A DNA stretch of 50,195 bases. It comes from Candidatus Magasanikiibacteriota bacterium. Its GTDB lineage: Bacteria > Patescibacteriota > Patescibacteriia > Magasanikbacterales > GWA2-37-8. The position numbers and the translations under genes were made by a program. A model generated the notes under the pieces. That model saw only the letters and a list, made by a program, of their open reading frames with translations, was not told the origin of the DNA and did no database searches. Below are positions 45,121-50,195 of this stretch, in pieces. How positions within the stretch are numbered: position 1 is the stretch's first letter; each line of letters begins with the position of its first letter. The DNA is taken from contig SICD01000003.1 in the NCBI GenBank assembly GCA_009694865.1, positions 1 to 50,195 on the forward strand, given 5' to 3'.

Positions 45121-46074
45121 CTAACGCTTCAAAATCTTGCCTGCCCAATGCGCCACCCTGCTAGCAAGCCCCTCATGGTACATATGCATAAACAAATACA
45201 TCCAAGCGCTGGTGGTAAAGGCGTTAAATATCGCTCCCAAAAATGCTATCACCAGCACAAACAAAAATACATAGGCCGCCACCGAAATCGCGAGTATGGT
45301 AAGATAACCGGTAAAACCGGCCGCCACGGAAAGAAAAAAAGAGGGAATAAGCACTAAAAATGACCCAAACCACAGAGCGGCGAAAACCAAGGCGTTACAT
45401 AAAAGCAACATAATGGAAAGCTCGAGCGATACCAGCACATGCCGGCGGAACAAATGCCAACCCTCGGCCAGCGCATCAATGAGGCCTTGATTATCTACTA
45501 TGCAATAACCTAAAGTAAAAATAGCGACGGTAGAAATAGCGAGCGCTAAAAATACTCCCGCGGCAATAACTAAAACTTGCAGAAAAAAACCCATAATGCT
45601 GATACCGCCGACGACAGCCATTAATTCAATAATGGCCCACAAAATAATGCTAAGTAACAATTTTTCTAAAACATTAATTCCTAAAATGCGCCAAAAATGT
45701 TTGACTCCTTGCCGCCAGGCGTTGTGGATGCTCAAAACGGTATGGACGTTAAAATAATGTACCGCCGTGGCAATAAGCGCCCCTTCGGCGCAGACCGAAG
45801 CGGCCACAATAAATAAAATAAGCGCGGCCACAATAAAGCTTATCCAGCCAAACCACAAAAATTGATCGGGACTCACAATATGAATCGCCCCCCACGAAGC
45901 CGGCCACCAGGAATTATCCTCAAAAAAAATTTTACTAATAAGCTGACCCAAAAAATTACTTAACCCAAACTGTCCTAAAAAAATAGATAGCAACCCCAAA
46001 ACCCACATGCTTTTGTGGTGCCACGTTAATTTCCAAGCGTGACCCAAAGCCTCGCGATAAGTTGGTTCTTGCAT
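45121..46074 (-). CDS. Multi-pass membrane protein of unknown function
   Basis: AWKLTWHHKSMWVLG...AWRQGVKHFWRILG; about 7 TM segments. Confidence 0.8.
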   Translation of the reverse strand: MQEPTYREALGHAWKLTWHHKSMWVLGLLSIFLGQFGLSNFLGQLISKIFFEDNSWWPASWGAIHIVSPDQFLWFGWISFIVAALILFIVAASVCAEGALIATAVHYFNVHTVLSIHNAWRQGVKHFWRILGINVLEKLLLSIILWAIIELMAVVGGISIMGFFLQVLVIAAGVFLALAISTVAIFTLGYCIVDNQGLIDALAEGWHLFRRHVLVSLELSIMLLLCNALVFAALWFGSFLVLIPSFFLSVAAGFTGYLTILAISVAAYVFLFVLVIAFLGAIFNAFTTSAWMYLFMHMYHEGLASRVAHWAGKILKR

Positions 46075-46121
46075 ATACGTAAGCAGATTATGTTTGTAAG
46101 CAGATTAAGTATACCATACCC

Positions 46122-46150
46122 TTGACAAACGAGCCAAAGTACGCTAGGAT
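46122..46150 (+). promoter_or_regulatory. Sigma70 promoter of the OmpA-domain gene
   Basis: TTGACA-17 nt-TAGGAT. Confidence 0.65.
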
Positions 46151-46234
46151 ACTAAGCTGTGTTTTAACACAGCACACCCCCAAACAACCGCTTTTTCCAT
46201 AAAGTGGTTACAACCAATTTCCAAGGAGGACCCC

Positions 46235-47257
46235 ATGCCCCTGCCCACCTGCCTCGTGATTCTCGCGATCGCTCTCGCCAGCTCCACGACCAGCGGCTGT
46301 GCTTGGACCCAGACCAGCGCCAAAATCACGGCCAACCAGGTCGCGATGTCGCGCGAACACAACGAAAAGGGGAAAGCGCTCTACATCCAGGGGCGCTACC
46401 AGGAAGCGATCGTGGAATTCGAAAAAGCTTACGAAAACCTCGACGCTCCGGAGTACCTCTTCAACTTGGCGCGGGCCTACGACAGCGCGAAGCAGTACGA
46501 AGACGCTTTGCGTTTCTATCGCGCCTACCTGGCCAAGGGTACGTTGCCAGAGTCGCCCCAGCGCCAGGCGATGGTACAAAAAATCGCGGAGGTGGAGAAG
46601 TTGATCCCACCGGCGACCATACCGCCCCCGCCATCGCCCCCCGAACGAGCGCCACCCCCGCCCGTGCCCCCTGACATCGACCAGGACGGCGTGCCGAACG
46701 AACAGGACGAGTGCCGTTACACCCCGGCCGGCCAGCACCCCGACCCTCGACCGGAATTCCACGGGTGCCCCATTCGCGATCGCGATGAGGACACGGTGCT
46801 CGACCGCGAAGACGCCTGCCCCGACCAGCGTGGCGCGCCCGACCCCAACCCCAAGAAGAACGGGTGCCCTGGGTTGGTGGAAGTGCGGTACGACTACATC
46901 ACCCCCGTGGCTCACACCGCCTTCTTCGCACCAGGCAAGGACAAGCTCCTACGAAAGAGCTTCCCGGTGCTCCTAGCGGTGGTGGATGCCCTCATTGCCA
47001 GCCCCCAAATCAAAAAAATTGCCATCGAAGCCCACACAGACGGCCGCGGGAATCCAAAAAAGAACCTGGATCTCTCCGAGCGAAGGGCGATAAATGTGAG
47101 ACGATGGATTGTGGAGTCCAGTGATCGGGGAAGATTCCCAACAGCGATGGAAATGCGCGGCTACGGGGGCAGTCGGCCAGTAATGTTCAACACCACAAGG
47201 GAAGGACGCGCCAGGAACAACCGAATCGAGTTCCACATCATCGAAATGACCCAATAG
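46235..47257 (+). CDS. Secreted TPR + Pro linker + thrombospondin-type-3-like repeats + OmpA C-terminal domain protein
   Basis: Signal peptide; GRYQEAIVEFEKAY..YLFNLARAY (TPR); DIDQDGVPNEQDEC and DRDEDTVLDREDACP; IEAHTD..G....NLDLSERRA and GRARNNRIEF (OmpA_C); AAGGAGG SD. Confidence 0.88.
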   Translation: MPLPTCLVILAIALASSTTSGCAWTQTSAKITANQVAMSREHNEKGKALYIQGRYQEAIVEFEKAYENLDAPEYLFNLARAYDSAKQYEDALRFYRAYLAKGTLPESPQRQAMVQKIAEVEKLIPPATIPPPPSPPERAPPPPVPPDIDQDGVPNEQDECRYTPAGQHPDPRPEFHGCPIRDRDEDTVLDREDACPDQRGAPDPNPKKNGCPGLVEVRYDYITPVAHTAFFAPGKDKLLRKSFPVLLAVVDALIASPQIKKIAIEAHTDGRGNPKKNLDLSERRAINVRRWIVESSDRGRFPTAMEMRGYGGSRPVMFNTTREGRARNNRIEFHIIEMTQ

Positions 47258-47391
47258 CCTACCACCAACCCCGAGCCTGACGGAGCCTCGGGACAACGGT
47301 GGGTGATGGGCGCAATATATTAAATTAGTTCTTTAAAAGCTCCGTCATCCACTTGAGTTTGTCTCTACGAGACAATTTCCAGTGGAAACAA

Positions 47392-47427
47392 AATCCCGGT
47401 CGCCTAAGGCGACCGGGATTATTTTTT
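47392..47427. terminator. Intrinsic terminator
   Basis: AATCCCGGTCGCC-TAA-GGCGACCGGGATT-ATTTTTT. Confidence 0.85.
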
Positions 47428-47434
47428 AAAATAA

Positions 47435-48016
47435 TTATTTTATATATGACTTGGCATCTTTTATTAACTGCCGGTCAACTTCTAAACCGGCCCACGCTAC
47501 CATTTTCACGTCAGCTAAATTACTTAATGCCATATTTACGAGCACGCCCTTGGCTTTCAATAAATCAAGCCTGCTAATAAAATCTTTTTCAGACGTTCTT
47601 TCTTTGTATGCTTCCAAGACTGCCTGCATTTCCCGTTTCGTACCAGGATCAAAATCTCCACGTTCTTCTGGTTCAGCCGCCACTATTCGTAAATCGGGGC
47701 GGCGTTTTTCCTCTACCTTTTTTTCTGGTGGAGCAAATTCTAACCCACGCCCTTCCGCTTTGGCGGCATGTAACCCGCTTATAAGCATGGCGTAATCTTT
47801 GTCTCCAAAATAATTTTGGAGGAATTTCTTAACATCAGGATCCGTAATCGCCACATCAACGGTAAAACCGCGATCCGCCAAATAGTTAGCCTTATTTTGT
47901 AACGGCAATTTTCGCGTGGTATGCAAATGATCTTCTAAAATAAGTATCCGTTGCGTGATGGCATCAACCGGTTGCGCGGTATCATTAACCGCGCTAAGTC
48001 TGTCTGGAGAAGGCAT
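47435..48016 (-). CDS. Hypothetical protein
   Basis: 193-aa ORF directly downstream of ftsH; no motif recognised. Confidence 0.7.
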   Translation of the reverse strand: MPSPDRLSAVNDTAQPVDAITQRILILEDHLHTTRKLPLQNKANYLADRGFTVDVAITDPDVKKFLQNYFGDKDYAMLISGLHAAKAEGRGLEFAPPEKKVEEKRRPDLRIVAAEPEERGDFDPGTKREMQAVLEAYKERTSEKDFISRLDLLKAKGVLVNMALSNLADVKMVAWAGLEVDRQLIKDAKSYIK

Positions 48017-48037
48017 ACAATAAAAAATTAAAATAAA

Positions 48038-49918
48038 TTATTCTTGTATCGTAATCCCTGGGGCGCCACTAAACGCTTTGGTCTGCGGCACGCCCATAAT
48101 GGTTTCAATTTCCGATTGTTCCAGCGTTTCTTTTTCTAAGAGACTTACCACCATTTTTTCTAGTGTAGCACGATTTGCCTCAATTGTCTGCTTTGCCACA
48201 CCCTCTGCCTCTATCATAATTCGTTTAATTTCGGAGTCAATGGCTTCGGCGGTTTTGTCGCTATAATCACGCTCTTCGCCCGTGCGACCACCCATAAACA
48301 CCATATCTTCTTGTTCGCCAAAAGTGCGCGGTCCTAGGGTATCACTCATGCCATAACGCGTTACCATATTATGCGCAATGTGCGTGGCATTTTTAAGGTC
48401 ACTCGAAGGGCCGGTAGAAATTTGCATGTCGCCAAAAATCATTTTTTCTACCACATAACCACCCAAGGCCATGGCTAATTCATCTTTAAACTGGGCCAAA
48501 GTATGGTAATGGCGGTCGTAATCCGGCATCTTTAATGTATAACCACCAGCCTGGCCACGGGAGATAATAGAAACTTTACGCACCGGATCGGAGTGCGGCA
48601 AAAGGTAACCCACAATCGCGTGCCCGGCTTCGTGATAGGCGGTCATTTTTTTCTCATGATCAGAAATAATCCGGCTTTTGCGCTCGGGACCGAGGAGCAC
48701 TTTTTCGATACTCTCCAAAACTTCTTTCTCACCAATTTCGGTAAGCACCCGGCGCACTGCCAAAATAGCCGCTTCGTTTAAAAGATTCGCTAAATCCGCA
48801 CCGGAAAACCCAGGCGTACGTTCGGCAACTTTACGAATACTCACACCCACAGCCAACTTTTTATTACGAGCATGAATACCCAAAATTTCTTCACGATCTT
48901 TAATGTCTGGGAGATCAATCACGACGCGGCGATCAAAACGACCTGGTCGAAGGAGCGCTGGATCTAAAACGTCGGGACGATTGGTAGCGGCCATAACGAT
49001 AACACCTAAGTTAGGTTCAAACCCATCCATCTCCACTAGGATCTGGTTCAGGGTTTGTTCACGCTCATCATGCCCACCGCCCATACCGGCTCCGCGTCGG
49101 CGGCCCACCGCGTCAATTTCGTCGATGAAGACAATGGACGGAGCCGCTTTTTTGGCTTTTGCAAATAAATCACGTACACGAGAAGCGCCCACCCCCACAA
49201 ACATTTCCACAAATTCCGATCCGCTCATGTGAAAAAACGGCACGTTAGCTTCGCCAGCCACCGCTTTGGCGAGCAAGGTTTTGCCGGTACCAGGCGAACC
49301 AGTTAACAACACGCCTTTAGGAATTTTCGCTCCCATGTCGGTAAACTTTTTCTGGTCTTTTAAAAAATCCACCACTTCCACCAATTCTTCTTTGGCTTCT
49401 TTCGCGCCCGCCACATCGTTAAATGTTTTTTTGTCTTTAGCGTCTTCTGGTTTTACTTGGCGAGAGTTACTTTGTCCAAATCCCATCGCTTTGTTATTCA
49501 TCCCCTGCACACCGCGCGACATAAAATAAATTATCGCGACAAATAAAATAAGCGGCAAAATACTGGGGAGCAAATTAAGCAGCCAAAACTTCCAGGAACT
49601 TTCATCCTGCACTTCCACCGGCAGAGTCTTGCGTGCTTCATCCGTCACCCCATAATTTTTAATAATATCGCCAAACGATTCTTGCGGTTCTTTTTTCACC
49701 TGTTGTGGCTTGGCTTTATCGTCTTTCAGCGCTACTTCTAACATATCGCCCTTCACGACAATTTTTTTCACCGCGCCGGCATTAATTTCTTCCACCAGCT
49801 TGCCCACCCCAATCACCTCTGGTTTAAGGCTACTACCCCCGCGGAGCATGCTCAAAACACCCGCGATTAAAAACAGGCAGAGAAAAATAACAATAAAATT
49901 TTTAAGAAAGTTTCTCAT
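48038..49918 (-). CDS. ftsH: ATP-dependent zinc metalloprotease FtsH
   Basis: Two TM segments, [43 protein letters not shown]. Confidence 0.98.
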   Translation of the reverse strand: MRNFLKNFIVIFLCLFLIAGVLSMLRGGSSLKPEVIGVGKLVEEINAGAVKKIVVKGDMLEVALKDDKAKPQQVKKEPQESFGDIIKNYGVTDEARKTLPVEVQDESSWKFWLLNLLPSILPLILFVAIIYFMSRGVQGMNNKAMGFGQSNSRQVKPEDAKDKKTFNDVAGAKEAKEELVEVVDFLKDQKKFTDMGAKIPKGVLLTGSPGTGKTLLAKAVAGEANVPFFHMSGSEFVEMFVGVGASRVRDLFAKAKKAAPSIVFIDEIDAVGRRRGAGMGGGHDEREQTLNQILVEMDGFEPNLGVIVMAATNRPDVLDPALLRPGRFDRRVVIDLPDIKDREEILGIHARNKKLAVGVSIRKVAERTPGFSGADLANLLNEAAILAVRRVLTEIGEKEVLESIEKVLLGPERKSRIISDHEKKMTAYHEAGHAIVGYLLPHSDPVRKVSIISRGQAGGYTLKMPDYDRHYHTLAQFKDELAMALGGYVVEKMIFGDMQISTGPSSDLKNATHIAHNMVTRYGMSDTLGPRTFGEQEDMVFMGGRTGEERDYSDKTAEAIDSEIKRIMIEAEGVAKQTIEANRATLEKMVVSLLEKETLEQSEIETIMGVPQTKAFSGAPGITIQE

Positions 49919-50116
49919 ATAGTATTCCCCGCTGTGAGCGGGGTAGGGGTGTGTGAACCGCCGGGGGTATTAATTCACATTCTACTAAATAATTTACCAC
50001 ACAATGAAATCAACTTTACTCTATTTTCTCTAAAAATGCAAGGGTACGTTGTAGATACAAATAACGGTTACCGAAACCTATCGGGTAGATACTAATTCGG
50101 TTACCATGGTGATCAT

Positions 50117-50195
50117 ATGAATATGACCACCAAAAACAACATCTACAGCGAACATTTGTCGGAATGGCTTAAAGCCAGAAAGGACAAAAAGAAAC
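50117..50195 (+). CDS. Partial ORF at the window end, possibly the N-terminus of an integrase/transposase-like protein
   Basis: MNMTTKNNIYSEHLSEWLKARKDKKK... open to the edge; preceded by repeated CGGTTACC and GGGTA motifs (50042-50105) that could mark an element end. Confidence 0.35.
   Translation, partial: MNMTTKNNIYSEHLSEWLKARKDKKK

Noticed and set aside
46208-46915. 235-aa minus-strand ORF and other overlapping ORFs
   Set aside because: GC-rich shadow frames of the OmpA-domain gene.
1-50195. Alternative genetic code (UGA=Gly, as in Gracilibacteria/SR1)
   Set aside because: Conserved genes are full length under the standard code, and TGA ends genes at expected positions (e.g. mltG, trmB-like, pilB).

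Overview
Chromosomal window of a small-genome, host-dependent-type bacterium. The gene content and style are most consistent with Patescibacteria/CPR: CPR-type pilin, DUF4012 protein, TrmB-HTH regulator, tRNA-Ile(TAT), near-consensus sigma70 promoters, mostly SD-less AT-rich leaders and the standard genetic code. Housekeeping genes are queA (partial), mltG, an RluA/RluD-family synthase, gmk, rplS, uvrA, secG, rnj, rnpB, ribH, ribE, miaA, thrS, a PilB/GspE ATPase and ftsH. There is also a NitT/TauT-type ABC transporter, hicBA, glycosyltransferases and Mg/Mn transport genes. The most striking signals are non-coding. (1) A four-helix-bundle gene is enclosed by inverted 8-mer tandem arrays and sits exactly between a stop codon and a start codon, and about eight gene-less inverted 7-9-mer arrays lie at other gene junctions. 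(2) Several families of small palindromic elements have invaded proteins in frame (RluD three times, QueA once), RNase P RNA, a tRNA-Leu copy and a T-box leader. (3) A compact Thr T-box riboswitch has an apparently ultrashort specifier hairpin. (4) Three isolated GC-rich, strong-SD genes sit behind native promoters, including a myxobacterial-style TPR-TSP3-OmpA gene. (5) An orphan gene is bracketed by a duplicated promoter/leader. All protein calls are by motif recognition, and no searches were run.
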